A stretch of DNA of 63,971 bases, counting the filler, from Reclinomonas americana ATCC 50394 (taxonomy: Eukaryota), in NCBI GenBank assembly GCA_048213135.1. It is 19 parts of 19 records of this genome, joined end to end, with 100 filler letters (N's around TTAATTAATTAA, not from the genome) between each part and the next. Parts side by side here need not be neighbours in the genome. Positions count along the whole stretch, not along the records: positions 20,761 to 40,206 come from AFZH01023232.1; positions 40,307 to 44,776 come from AFZH01023233.1; positions 44,877 to 46,383 come from AFZH01023234.1; positions 46,484 to 49,201 come from AFZH01023235.1; 15 more parts are not named here. One strand, given 5' to 3'. Each line of letters begins with the position of its first letter. Position 1 is the first letter of the stretch. Shown piece after piece: positions 38,520-49,301 of this stretch. The notes beneath the pieces are model-generated. The model was given only the letters and a program-made list of their open reading frames with translations. It ran no database searches and was not told the origin of the DNA. A program made the translations under genes and the position numbers.

Positions 38520-38684
38520 AGAGGCTGCGCGCTGTGAGCGATTTTTGCAATGTCGGCATGGCCGATGCAACGAATGAATCCCCCCCCGTCTTGAAAAGAT
38601 CCGAAGCCTGCTCCAAAAAAAAAACGAGTCCCTCCTGTGTATATTACCTCGCGCGCGTCATGTCACAGTCCACACGACACGGTA

Positions 38685-39796
38685 CTATCGATACGGTGGC
38701 GGCACACCGGCGCCATACTGCGGATTGTAGCGACCTTGCTGCTGTTGCTGTTGCTGTGGGTACGGTGGCGGTGGCTCGGCGTACTGCGGCACTGTCGAGC
38801 CCCCATAGTGCGCCGGCTGCGGAGCGTATTGCGGTTGCTGTGGAGCGTACTGCGGCTGCTGCGGCGCGTACTGCGGCTGCTGGGGCGCATATTGCGGCTG
38901 CTGAGGATAGTAGGCCACAGGAGCGGGCGCCGGCATGGCCACCACGGCGGCAGGTGCACGCGGCCGCATCACAACGTGCGACAAGGAGACGGTGGCGACC
39001 GGCTGCTCGACCATCGTCACCATTTGCACCGTGTCCGACATTTGCACGTGCGCGCCGACCTCGTCCTTGGACTGAGTGCGTGCCAGCGTGACACAGCCGA
39101 TGAGGGTGGAGATGCACGTGCAGGTGAGAATGAGACCGCACAGCACGCCAATCGTAGTGCGCCGTCCCGAGCCTTCGCCGTCCACTGGATCCGGCGCTGC
39201 AGACAAGCAGGTGAGCAACTCTGCCGACCAACGAGACGGCAAGTGCAGCACGCAACTGTTGTTGTTGGGGTTCTGAATGATGACGCAGTCGCGCGAATCA
39301 GTAGCGGCGCACGAGTAAAAGCCCATGCAGTTGACCGAGGAGCCATTGGCCGTCGACAAGCGCACAGTGAGCGAGACGGCGTTGGAGGCCAGCCGGTTCC
39401 ACGTCTGCTGCATGGCAAAGTCGTTGTTGCTGGTCGCGGCCGCAGCCGATCCGCAATTGTCAAACGTGGTTCCCGAGGCGCTGAATGCACCGCACGAGCA
39501 ACTGCAGTGCGCGCAAGTGAGCAAACAAACACACACACACCACACTCTCCCTCTCTCTCACACACAAACCCTTGCACCGTGGACGCCGACGGTGCCACCG
39601 AGAAGGAGCTCGACGACTGCGAGACTTTCACATTCGACAGGCACGTGGAGAAGCACGTCGGTGCATTGCCTTGACAGAAGAGAGAGCCCGTGCCCAGTGT
39701 CAGCGTTCCACCAGAGCCATAGCAGAACGAGCCCTGTGCATATGCCGTGCACACCACGCACAGCAACAGCACTGACAGTGCGGCAAAGAGACGCAT
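38685..39796 (-). CDS. Type I membrane protein with Cys-rich ectodomain and Pro/Gln/Tyr-rich tail with PPxY motifs (intron 39502-39569)
   Basis: Signal peptide MRLFAALSVLLL; TM IGVLCGLILTCTCISTLIGCVTL; (PQQPQYA)n; EPPPPY and VPPPY. Confidence 0.8.
38821..38904 (-). repeat. Coding 21-bp tandem repeat, about 4 copies (PQQPQYA)
   Basis: Units such as GGAGCGTACTGCGGCTGCTGC on the + strand. Confidence 0.9.
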
Positions 39797-39867
39797 TCTT
39801 GTCTCCGCGAGAGGTTTGACTGTGTGTGTGTGTGAGGTGTGCTCGCGACACAATCAAACAAACAAAC

Positions 39868-40206
39868 ATGGCCTTCCGCGGTGTCAAGGCCTCCTGGTTG
39901 GGCTGGTCATGTGGCGTCGGCACTCTCCTCTGTGTGTTCCTCGCCGCACTGGCCGTCGGCATGCCATACTGGCAATCATACACAAGCGGCTCGGTAAATC
40001 ACACTCTCTCCATTCTTACTCTCTCCATTCTTGCTCACGTCTCTCTCTCTCGCCCACAGAACGTGGTCGACAGCGGTCTGCTCTACAGTCACGTGTGCAC
40101 CGGCGGCACATGCCAGTACACCTCCATCAGCTACCTGTCGGGCAACGGAGTCCGCGGCCTCCTCATTCTCATCCTGTCGAGTCTCGGCCTCTCCATGCAG
40201 TCGTGC
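39868..40206 (+). CDS. Claudin/PMP22-like membrane protein, 3' truncated
   Basis: TM1, then PYW, SGLLY and a C-x4-C loop. Intron about 39994-40059. Confidence 0.55.
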
Positions 40207-40306
40207 NNNNNNNNNNNNNNNNNNNNNNNNNNNNNNNNNNNNNNNNNNNNTTAATTAATTAANNNNNNNNNNNNNNNNNNNNNNNNNNNNNNNNNNNNNN
40301 NNNNNN

Positions 40307-40929
40307 GCCAGCACCATGGCGCCGATGCCGCGGGCCACGGCGGCCGAATTCCAGGGCGCGCTGGCGCAGAAACCGTCGATCCGGCCGCTGGCGAGAGCCT
40401 CGACCGTCTGCGGCGGCGGCACGACCTCGAAGCGGATATGCTCGCCCAGCACGAGCCCCGCCTTGCCGAGCCATTCGCACAGCAGATAGGTGTGGCTGGA
40501 ATAGCCGAAGACCGCCGCGAAGGTCAGCGGCGGCAGTCCGGCGGCGCTGCGGCGTGCCACCAGCGCGGCGAGTGCCCGCGCCGAAACGTCGGGGTCGGCG
40601 AGGTCCCCTTCCGCCAGCCGGGTCAGTTCTTCGAAGCGCCGGAGCGAGACGGTGACGGCGAAGCCGTCGAGATTGAGCGCCATCGGGATCGCCATCGGAG
40701 CGCGCACCCCACCAATCCCCAGCGTGGAGGCGAGCGCCATGGGCGCCAGCACATGGGCAGCGTCGAACAGGCGAACATTGAGCTTGTCGCGCAGATTCGA
40801 CCAAGAAACCTCGCGCACCAGTTCGAGGTTGAGCCCCTCTGTCTCGGCGAAGCCTTCATCCTTCGCGAGGACGACGAGAGCGCAGTCGACGAGCGGCATG
40901 AAGCCCACCCGCAAATGCAGCGTGCTCAT
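40307..40929 (-). CDS. nasS: NasS-like nitrate sensor (CmpA/NrtA family), 3' truncated
   Basis: GFMPLVDCA, REVSWSNLRDKL, DAAHVLAP, VVPPP and IDGFC. No signal peptide. Overlaps the nasT stop. Confidence 0.85.
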
Positions 40930-41510
40930 TTCAGCACCTCCGCTGCCGTGATGATGGATCGGGCGATATCGACGAGCTTGCGCTTTTCGTTCATCGCGGA
41001 TTTGCGCAACAGGGCATAGGCCTCATCCTCGGACAGGTTCTTCATGCGCATGACGATGCCCTTGGCGCGATCGACGAGCTTGCGCTCCTCGAGCTGGGAG
41101 CGGGCCTCGTCGAGTTCCTCGCGCAGCTTTCTGAAGGCATTGAAGCGGCTGATGCAGGTCTGCAGGATCGGCTGCATGCGCTCCTTCTTAAGCCCGTCGA
41201 CGATATAGGCGGAGACGCCCGCCTCGACCGCGGCCTCGATCGAGGCGGAGTCCGACTGGTCGACGAACATGGTGATCGGCCGCCGGATATGGCGGCTGAC
41301 CAGGAACATATCTGCGAGGGCGTCGCGGCTGGGATCCTCGAGATCGATGACGACGACGTCGGGGTCGTGTTGCTCGATGGCAGCGACCAGCCCGGTTGTC
41401 GCGGAAACGCGCACGAGCTCGCGATAGCCAGCCTCGCGGAGCCCTTCTTCGATGATCGCAGCCCGCACCTCGTTGGCGTCGACGATCAGGATCCTGAGGT
41501 TGGGCACCAT
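40926..41510 (-). CDS. nasT: ANTAR-domain response regulator NasT
   Basis: REC-like domain, AGVSAYIVDGL, and ANTAR LEERKLVDRAKGIVM..EAYALLRKSAM. Confidence 0.92.
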   Translation of the reverse strand: MVPNLRILIVDANEVRAAIIEEGLREAGYRELVRVSATTGLVAAIEQHDPDVVVIDLEDPSRDALADMFLVSRHIRRPITMFVDQSDSASIEAAVEAGVSAYIVDGLKKERMQPILQTCISRFNAFRKLREELDEARSQLEERKLVDRAKGIVMRMKNLSEDEAYALLRKSAMNEKRKLVDIARSIITAAEVLK

Positions 41511-41754
41511 GCCGCTGCGCACTGGGTTTGGGCTGAGATCAGATCCATTCACGAACCATGCCATTCGATGAGCGGTGTCTGCCAGTCGTCCATGATCTGG
41601 GCTGCGACACGTGCAGCGGCCATCGCTCAAGGTAGAATGCGCAGGCCCAGAGCCGCTTTGCCCTCCCCGTTTATTTGCAGTCGATGGCGCGGCAGTGCTC
41701 GGCGTTGTGGCTGGGTTGTGGGGCAACAGGCGAAGGTGCCGTGGACGCCCAGGC

Positions 41755-42933
41755 CTATGCGCTCTGCCGCGGCCCAGTGAAGACACGCCAGTAGGAGGCC
41801 GCAAACAACGCGAATGCTCCCATCCAACCAAGCCAAGCAAGCGAAAGCAGGGCCGGCAAAGAGGGATAGAGCGCTGCGCAAATGCGCAGGACCGCAGCGC
41901 CGATGAGGAGGAGGTAGACGGCTTCGACCCATCGCGAAGCGACCAGCGCGCGGCCTGTGTGACCGAGGCTGGCGCGCGACATGATGGCGAGCACCATCAG
42001 GCCCGACGCGCCGACGGTCCAGGCATGGTTGCCTGCGGATACTGACAGCTGGCCGAAGGCGGCAGTCGCGGCGAGGAAGAAGCCGAGCGGGATGAAGGCG
42101 TAGGCGAGGTGCAAGACCAAGACGAGGCGGTCGCGCCAGGTCCGGTGCCCCACCCATCGCATCAGCCTGATGGTCTGGAGCCCTCCAGCAACGATCAGAA
42201 GCACGCCCGTCGTGGCACCCTCCGGGGCGGCCGTCCAGAGCAGCAAGGCAAGCCCGCTGGCGACCAGGGCGGCCATATCCAGTTTGCCGAACGGCGAGGG
42301 CAGGCGTCCTGGATTTTCCCTCGCGAGCCAGTTGCGCGTGAAACTCGGGACGACGCGCCCACCAACCAGCGTGATCAGGAAGATCGTGGCGGCGATGCCC
42401 AGACGGACGCCGACATCGGCGAAGCCCTCGCGAGCCGCCTCGACATGGAAGACGACATTACCAGCCAGCATCAATGCGACGACGAGGATGACTTTGAGAT
42501 TGCGCCAGTTTCTGCCGGCGACGATTTCGCGCGTCGCGGCGGCCGCAAGGAGGGCGAGGAAGGCGAGATCCACGATGGCCGCGAAAGTCAGGGACGTCGC
42601 TGCCGAGGTGGCGATCGCCACACGTCCGGCCACCCAGACCACGACGAGGACGATGAGGGGCCGGCCCTGGAGCGGAAGCCGTCCCGTCCAGTTGGGGATG
42701 GCGGTCAGCAGGAAGCCTGCCACCACAGCCGGCAGAAAGCCGAAGATCATTTCGTGGGCGTGCCAATCCCGTGGCGTCATCGCCGTCGGGATCGTGATCT
42801 GCCCGTGATAGAAGGGCAGCCAGGCGAGCATGGCGGCGGTGGCAAACAGTGAGCCAAACAGGAAGAAGGGCCGAAAGCCATAAGACCAGAGCGGGTGGCC
42901 GCCTTCGTCGCGTAGCCGGGGAATGGGAGCCAT
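41755..42933 (-). CDS. nnrS: NnrS family membrane protein
   Basis: SYGFRPFFL, WHAHEMIFG, GFLLTAIPNWTG, GGRVVPSFT and RASLGHTGR. Confidence 0.95.
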   Translation of the reverse strand: MAPIPRLRDEGGHPLWSYGFRPFFLFGSLFATAAMLAWLPFYHGQITIPTAMTPRDWHAHEMIFGFLPAVVAGFLLTAIPNWTGRLPLQGRPLIVLVVVWVAGRVAIATSAATSLTFAAIVDLAFLALLAAAATREIVAGRNWRNLKVILVVALMLAGNVVFHVEAAREGFADVGVRLGIAATIFLITLVGGRVVPSFTRNWLARENPGRLPSPFGKLDMAALVASGLALLLWTAAPEGATTGVLLIVAGGLQTIRLMRWVGHRTWRDRLVLVLHLAYAFIPLGFFLAATAAFGQLSVSAGNHAWTVGASGLMVLAIMSRASLGHTGRALVASRWVEAVYLLLIGAAVLRICAALYPSLPALLSLAWLGWMGAFALFAASYWRVFTGPRQSA

Positions 42934-43119
42934 GGGGCAATCCTCAACAAGTCTGGCGCCGAGCGTCCCGCAGCAGCCGGTCTGTAGGCGACACGAGTGC
43001 AGTGGAGCTTCAGGCTGCACCGCGGCCGAAGCGGCGACCTCAAACCCGATCACGGGCGTTGCCCCCTGGCGGCCTCGGGAGCGAGGAACTCTCCATAGCG
43101 CCGCCCGCAAAGTGACAGT

Positions 43120-43133
43120 TTGTCCAAGCGCAA
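43120..43133. promoter_or_regulatory. Candidate NnrR/FNR-type box between nnrS and nnrR
   Basis: TTG-TCCAAGCG-CAA (TTG-N8-CAA). Confidence 0.55.
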
Positions 43134-43355
43134 ACTCTACGGCGGACAGCTTGCCGATGGCGGCTCTGGCCCGGTTGCGCTAGCACGGCAAACGCAACGG
43201 GCTTCAGTCGCATCGCGCCCGGCGATGTACCCTAAGTAACCGAAGCCACAGGACATCAGCCAGGCATCGGCACTTCCAGACCCTGCGGAGCGGCGAGATG
43301 GCCAACGCTGGCGGTACCGAACCGGAGGCCGGCGCCGACGAAAAGGAATGAAGCT

Positions 43356-44054
43356 ATGTGCGCGCTTGATCGGTCCATCCTCGACGCCGTCCCCGCCTTC
43401 GCGGCGCTGACGGGCAAGGAGATCGACATCGTTCTCGCGCAGGCAAGGTCACTGCGATACCCGAAGGGCACCACGGTCTTCGAACAGGGGGGAGCGGCGG
43501 ACAGCTTCTTCGTGCTGCTCCACGGCCATCTCCAGGTCGTGAAGCTCACCCCTGCCGGCCAGCAGGTCGTTATCCGCTATGTCGTGCCAGGGGAAATGTT
43601 CGGCATCGCCGTCCAGATCGGACGTCAGAGCTATCCGGCCACGGCCCAAGCGGTAATGGACAGTCTCGCGCTCGTCTGGCCGTCCTCAGCCTGGCCGACC
43701 CTCGTCGCCCGCTGCCCTGCCCTAGCGGAGAGCGCGTTGCACATAGTTGGCACGCGATTGGACGAGGCCCATGTCCGGGTGGTCGAGTTGGCCACCGAAG
43801 AGGTCGAACGCCGCGTGGCGCACGCCCTTTTGCGGCTTCTCAAGCAAGCGGGCCGAAAGGTCGATGACGGCATTGAAGTGGCATTCCCGATCACACGAGA
43901 GGACGTCGCACAGATGACCGGCACGACGTTGCACACGGTCAGCAGGATCCTGAGCCGCTGGGAGGCGCGTGGGCTTGTCGAAAGTGAACGCCAGCGCATC
44001 GTGGTGCGCGATCCGCACGGGCTCTTCGCCATCGCCGAAACCGCCAAGGCGTAA
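43356..44054 (+). CDS. nnrR: Crp/Fnr family regulator NnrR
   Basis: cNMP fold PGEMFG..YPATA, VERRVAHALLRL, and HTH AQMTGTTLHTVSRILSRWE. Context of nnrS and nnrU. Confidence 0.9.
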   Translation: MCALDRSILDAVPAFAALTGKEIDIVLAQARSLRYPKGTTVFEQGGAADSFFVLLHGHLQVVKLTPAGQQVVIRYVVPGEMFGIAVQIGRQSYPATAQAVMDSLALVWPSSAWPTLVARCPALAESALHIVGTRLDEAHVRVVELATEEVERRVAHALLRLLKQAGRKVDDGIEVAFPITREDVAQMTGTTLHTVSRILSRWEARGLVESERQRIVVRDPHGLFAIAETAKA

Positions 44055-44058
44055 ACGC

Positions 44059-44283
44059 TCATCTCATTTCCCGCTCGCCACAGGCTCGCCCGGCCGCCGC
44101 CTCAAGGGCTTGAACGAAAGAGGCGAGGTTGTGTCGGTGGTCCCGGCAGGCGTCCCGCACCGAATGGAAACGGCCGATCGGGCATCCCACACAGAGAAAT
44201 CGGTGTCGGAGGAAAACTCGGATCGTCTCGGGCCACTGACGCATGACGTCGTCGACCAGCGTTTCGGGCTGGATGCTCGGCAC
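44059..44283 (-). CDS. DUF1858-like small Cys-containing protein
   Basis: VDDVMRQWPETIRVF..LCVGCPIGRFHSV.DAC. Confidence 0.85.
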   Translation of the reverse strand: MPSIQPETLVDDVMRQWPETIRVFLRHRFLCVGCPIGRFHSVRDACRDHRHNLASFVQALEAAAGRACGEREMR

Positions 44284-44333
44284 GGTGATATCCCCTGCTG
44301 GCTCCCACCGTAAGCTGTCCGCGACGCTCGTCT

Positions 44334-44347
44334 TTGCGCCGGGACAA
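44334..44347. promoter_or_regulatory. Candidate NnrR/FNR-type box between the DUF1858 gene and nnrU
   Basis: cT-TTG-CGCCGGGA-CAA-Gg (TTG-N8-CAA) between divergent genes. Confidence 0.6.
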
Positions 44348-44429
44348 GGACCTGTCGTCCGGATCGCCTAGGGTGAACCCGTCCAAGTCGCCGGCATCGC
44401 GTGGCCGACGCCACAAGGGGCGGGTTGCC

Positions 44430-44776
44430 ATGCCTTCGTTTCTGACCGCGCTGTCGGCCTTCCTGCTGTTCCATCTCTTGCCGGCCGCCCCGGCGATCCG
44501 CGGTCGACTCGTCGAGATGATGGGGCGCAGCGGCTACCTCACGACCTATTCCATCCTCTCGCTCGTTCTGCTGGCCTGGGTCGTTGTGGCGGCGCGCCAA
44601 GCTGACGACGTCATCCTGTGGAATACCGGACGCTGGCATTATCTGACGCCCTTCGTCGTGATGCCCTTCGCGCTCTTCCTCATCATCGCTGGAGTGATCC
44701 AGCCCAATCCGCTCTCACTGAGCCTGCGGAGCGGCGCCGACATTCCCGCGATCGCAGCCGTCACGCGCCATCCGGT
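44430..44776 (+). CDS. nnrU: NnrU family protein, 3' truncated
   Basis: FLLFHLLP..RGRLV.MMG..GY..YSILSL, PNPLSL and VTRHP. Confidence 0.85.
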
Positions 44777-44876
44777 NNNNNNNNNNNNNNNNNNNNNNNN
44801 NNNNNNNNNNNNNNNNNNNNTTAATTAATTAANNNNNNNNNNNNNNNNNNNNNNNNNNNNNNNNNNNNNNNNNNNN

Positions 44877-45233
44877 GGCGGCAGCAGCCCTTCCCAACGT
44901 CTCGACTGCTTCGCAACGTCGACGGGCATGGGTGCGCGCGGCAGCCTTGGCGGCTGCGGCCTTCTCAAGGCGGAAGCGCATGTCCGACCGCAGGAACGAT
45001 TCCTCTGCGGGAGCCTGCGCTTGCATCTCGGCGAATTTGCCCTCTGCGGCGAGCGCAGCCAGGGCGTCACGGCGCCGACAGGCTGCCTCGACTGTCGGCG
45101 CGTCTAGGCAATCATTGCGGCGTCCTGTCTCGGCCCACTGCTCGAGCGCAGCGTCGATACGAGCCAGCATCCCCCTGCAGATTGCTTCGTGCTCCTCGCG
45201 CGTGACGATCCTGACGACTTTGGGGCCGCTCAT
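44877..45233 (-). CDS. Hypothetical protein MSGPKVVRIVTREE..., 3' truncated
   Basis: ATGA overlap with the upstream gene end; open to the contig end. Confidence 0.7.
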
Positions 45234-45473
45234 GTTCGCTCTCCCAAGGCGTGCGCGACGGCCGTCCGAAGGCGCGCGCGCTCGACATCGGGCTCGTGGA
45301 ACCAGCGGTGCGAGGAAACGCGGTGCAGCACTGGCACCGACCTGCGCAGGACCTGCGGCCGCCAGACTTCTCGGGCCCTGGCGCACTCAAGGAGCGGATG
45401 GCGTGGCGCGTCGCATTCAATGCCGATGCCGAACAGGCCCGTTCGGGGATCCTCAATGGCAAGGTCGATCCCA
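45230..45473 (-). pseudogene. C-terminal Vsr/REase-like domain of a helicase-nuclease-type gene, cut off by IS insertion
   Basis: Hand translation: GIDLAIEDPRTGLFGIGIECD...ARAREVWRPQVL...LHRVSSHRWFHEPDVERARL*. The frame stops abruptly at the IS end. Confidence 0.7.
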
Positions 45474-45519
45474 TGTCAAACGGCGCGGAATATTGCCCCC
45501 CGATCGGCGTCCAATCTTG
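45474..45519. mobile_element. Probable IS21-family terminal sequence, interrupted by ISL3
   Basis: TGTCAAACGGCG...CCCC-GATCGGCGTCCAA resembles IS21-family TG-ended inverted repeats. Confidence 0.5.
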
Positions 45520-46383
45520 GGTCTGACGCAATCTCGCTGACGTTTGGGGCTCATGTCGCGCCAATCAGACGCGCCTGGAGAAGATCGATCTTTCCGCGGC
45601 CGTACATTTGGCGCTTAACGAGCTTGAGACGGGTGATCTGGCCCTCGGTTTGACCGTTTGACCAAGTCGAGAGAATAGCTGCTCGCACAGCGGCCTCGTC
45701 TCGTCGGACGCCATTCGACAATGAGGCGACCAGGCTTTGGGAGGCGCGCTCGATCCAGGAAGCCAAAGGCTCGGCCTGCCTCGCTCTGATCATGGCATGG
45801 AAGTCGGCGACGATCTCGCGAGCCTCGAACAAGGACGGGACGCCGTTCTCGATCGCGGCGATCGTAACAGTTTCGGCCTTCGAGAGATTGTCGCGACCAG
45901 TGGTCATTAACCTCGCGATGGTCCGGGCCGATGGGAGGCGAGCGAGGCTGCTTGCGTCCGCTTTCTCAGCGCGCCGGCGGCGAGTTGCCCATTCGGAGAC
46001 AACCCTGAGGCTTCCCCGGAAGCCGTTCCTTCGCATTGTGCGCCAGAGGGCGGATGCATTGCGGGCGCCGGCGTCCCATTGCGCATCCAACCAGGGTAGA
46101 TGCGCTTCCAGAGAACTCTGGCGAGGTCGGAAGACGTCGCTGCGCTCGCCACGGACGATCCGCCTGACGGTCTGGCGGTGATGGCCCGTGCGCCTGACGA
46201 TCTGTTTGATCGGCACGCCCTCCTGCCAGAGGGCAAGGACCGATGCGTTTGTCTCCTCGCGCCGCAAATATCCGTCATATTGCAGCTTCTCGGCTGCCGT
46301 CAGCAAAGCGGGATTGATCACGGTGGCGCCGATGGCGCCGCGGATCTGACGCATTGACTTGCGCACGGCGTCGAGGAAAGCGC
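45520..46383 (-). mobile_element. ISL3-family element, right part (transposase C-terminus 45551-46383)
   Basis: WSNGQTEGQITRLKLVKRQMYGRG. GG-starting end at about 45520. Confidence 0.9.
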
Positions 46384-46602
46384 NNNNNNNNNNNNNNNNN
46401 NNNNNNNNNNNNNNNNNNNNNNNNNNNTTAATTAATTAANNNNNNNNNNNNNNNNNNNNNNNNNNNNNNNNNNNNNNNNNNNNGATCCCCCGCCTTACGG
46501 GGTCAAACTTGCACACGATGAGGTAATTGCTGCCGTCGATGCCATGACATCAAGTTGATGGACGGCAGGCAGCGGCGCCGGCCTAAGCACGGGATGGTCG
46601 TC

Positions 46603-47631
46603 ATGAAACAGTATGTCGGTCTGGATGTATCGCAGAAAGAGACCAGCGTTTGCGTCGTCGATGAATCTGGAAAGGTCGTCTTTCAAGGCCGCGCGAGATC
46701 CGATCCCGGCGCTTTGGCGGAACTGTTGAGCAAGCGCGCGCCGGGTGCCGAGCGGGTCGGCTTCGAGACCGGCGCCATGTCGAGCTGGCTGTGGCATGAA
46801 CTCAATCGGATCGGTCTGCCCGTCGTGTGCATCGACGCCCGGCACGCGAAGGCAGTGCTGTCAGTTCGAATGAACAAGAGCGACGAGAACGATGCCCAAG
46901 GCCTGGCGGAGTTGGTTCGGGTCGGTTGGTACCGAGAAGTCAAAGTGAAGAGTCCGGAGAGCCAGGCAACCCGATCCCTGCTCGTCGCGCGTTCCAGGCT
47001 TGTCGCCATCCGCCGCGATCTGGAGAACCAAGTCCGTTCGATGCTGAAGGAGCATGGGCTACAGTTCAGCCGATCGATTGGATCACAGTTCCGGCGAAAG
47101 GTCCTGGAGCTGCTTGCAGAGGATCATCCGCTCCGATCCGTGATCGGGACGCTCCTCAGGGTCCATGAGCAAACCTGCGAGGAACAGGAAAAGCTTGATC
47201 GTCAGGTCCGGCGTCTCGCTCATGACGACTGCACTACGCGCCGGCTGATGACGGTTCCCGGCGTCGGCGTGGTGACGGCGCTGACCTACCGCCACACGAT
47301 CGATGATCCCTCGCGCTTTTCCTCGGCGAGCGATGTCGGTGCGTACCTGGGCCTGACGCCGCGGCGAAAACAATCCGGGGAAACGGATGTCAGCGGCCGT
47401 GTCTCGCATTGGGGAGATCGCCTGCTGCGAACCTATCTCTATGAGGCAGCCAGCGTCTTGATGCATCGAACCAAGAAATGGTCGACGCTGAAAGCATGGG
47501 GCATTCGTCTCTCCAAGCGGATCGGGATGAAGAAGGCCAAGGTGGCTGTCGCACGCAAGATGGCCGTGCTTCTCCACTGCATCTGGGTCGACGGCACCAG
47601 CTTCCAATGGGGGAGCGAAAAGAGGGCGTAG
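46603..47631 (+). CDS. IS110-family DEDD transposase/recombinase
   Basis: YVGLDVS, GFETG and KSDENDA (DEDD); [16 protein letters not shown] (catalytic Ser). Confidence 0.96.
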   Translation: MKQYVGLDVSQKETSVCVVDESGKVVFQGRARSDPGALAELLSKRAPGAERVGFETGAMSSWLWHELNRIGLPVVCIDARHAKAVLSVRMNKSDENDAQGLAELVRVGWYREVKVKSPESQATRSLLVARSRLVAIRRDLENQVRSMLKEHGLQFSRSIGSQFRRKVLELLAEDHPLRSVIGTLLRVHEQTCEEQEKLDRQVRRLAHDDCTTRRLMTVPGVGVVTALTYRHTIDDPSRFSSASDVGAYLGLTPRRKQSGETDVSGRVSHWGDRLLRTYLYEAASVLMHRTKKWSTLKAWGIRLSKRIGMKKAKVAVARKMAVLLHCIWVDGTSFQWGSEKRA

Positions 47632-47639
47632 GCGCTTCC

Positions 47640-47835
47640 TGCATAAACCCGCTCACGGGCGCCAATCTCGGCACTCGCGATGTCCCCGCCGGGACGGCGG
47701 TTGTGGTGACCTCGTTGTTTCGGCTGACGTCCACTGGAACGTCGTTGCACACGTTGAGGCACCCGACCCGAACATCATCATGAGGCTCTCGACCTCGGAA
47801 AGGACCATGACCCCGGCGATGACGGCGCGAAATCT
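47640..47835 (+). ncRNA. Predicted bridge/seek RNA of the IS1111-type element
   Basis: Contains 9/9 matches to both flanks and short matches to the circle junction, each pair bracketing a small hairpin. Ends approximate. Confidence 0.75.
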
Positions 47836-48557
47836 GAGGTTGACAGCTCTCCGCAATTAAAGGGCCGAAACACAATCCCAAAAGCCCCAGCGTCGCAGAC
47901 GTCCGTCGGCTCCCAGCCCAAGGCCCTCAGCTCCTCCGTCACAGCAACTTCGAGACCATCGCGTCCGCCGACATGGCCAGTCAATCCAGAGGTGAACACG
48001 TCGCCGACGGCCAGACACCGGCCAACGCGGCCCACGGGGGGCACGCGCGCTTCTGCTATCCGGAAGTCCAGCTCCGGTCTCAACGGGCTGCGAGACCATC
48101 GCCTGGAAGACGCTGCGGCCGGGAGACAGCCTCAACTGAATCGATGGCCACCATTTCCTCTACAATGTAGAGTAAATGGTGCCGACACAGACAGGATGCC
48201 ACGTGGCGGGGCGTGTTGGCGCCGCCGCCCACATTCCGCCGCCCTTCTCGCGCCTCCCTTGCGAAGGGGATCCGACCTCAGGGAAGCAGCGACGAGTGCT
48301 CCGACGCTGACGGAACAAAGGAGCGCCGGCCCTCCCGGGCCTCCGCGCCACCCAACGGCTCCAGGTCATCAAGGGAGCATGAGAGGGGAAGGCGCCCATA
48401 AGGGGGAGGGCAGACACAAGCCGTCAACTGCTTCACAGCCTGCGGGTTGACGGAACAGCCCTCCCGCCGGCAAAGGCGTCCAAAAGCAAAGGGGCCGATC
48501 CTCAACGGACCGACCCCAACGCCATCGCCTCCCAGGCATCGCCCCACGATGGGGCCG

Positions 48558-49201
48558 TCACCTTCCCCACAAGGCGCGCCCGAGGCGCCGCCAGTAGCCG
48601 CCCTCCGGAACGGCGCGTCCGCCGATCTCGGCGATCGCGCACGACAAACGGGGAAGGTCGTCCTGGAGGGACGACAGAGCCAGGACCTTCTCCTTCAGAT
48701 CAGCCAGCGTCTGGGTGATCGTCGGATTCGACAGGACGCCGTCCTCACGGGCCTCCAGCTCCGCAAGCTCCTCCATCCGCTTGCGATGGTTGTCGACCTC
48801 GAGCTCGACCTGATCAACGAAGAGGCGATCGACGACGCCAGAGGCGTCCAAGCCGAGAAGGTCGCCAAGGACCTTGGCCTGGACCTCGTCGAGGTAGAAG
48901 GCGGCCAGGTCGACGCCGTGCTGGACCTCGAGACGCTCGAAGACCTCGCCCGGCAGACCGGCGCGATGGAAGCGCACCTCCTCGGCGAGCGAGCGTTCGA
49001 ACATCCCGAACGCCATCGCCAGCACGCTGAAACGGATCCGAAGCCGGCGATCGTCGCCACGCAGGAACGGGACCGGCGGCTTGGCCAACACCTTCGGCCC
49101 GCCGGCCCGGCCGGCCGCGTACTGGCGCGAGACCCCGTCGGGACCGACGGGGTCGATGATCGTCCCCGCCACCACTTGAAGATAGCCGGCCCCATGGTCC
49201 C
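48558..49201 (-). CDS. Hypothetical protein with a degenerate antirepressor-like motif and coiled-coil tail, 5' partial
   Basis: RIRFSVLAMAFGM...FYLDEVQAK resembles the FLNAEQAK/WLNAEQ motif of neighbouring genes. Confidence 0.55.
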
Positions 49202-49301
49202 NNNNNNNNNNNNNNNNNNNNNNNNNNNNNNNNNNNNNNNNNNNNTTAATTAATTAANNNNNNNNNNNNNNNNNNNNNNNNNNNNNNNNNNNNNNNNNNN
49301 N

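Larger units (their letters stand above)
46517..47863 (+). mobile_element. Complete IS110-family (IS1111-type) insertion sequence
   Basis: Sub-terminal IRs TAATTGC (46524-46530) / GCAATTA (47853-47859), outward TTGACA at 47840-47845, and a long downstream non-coding end. No TSD. Confidence 0.88.

Noticed and set aside
48447..49201. 268-aa plus-strand ORF
   Set aside because: Likely a shadow of the minus-strand gene, which carries the family motif.
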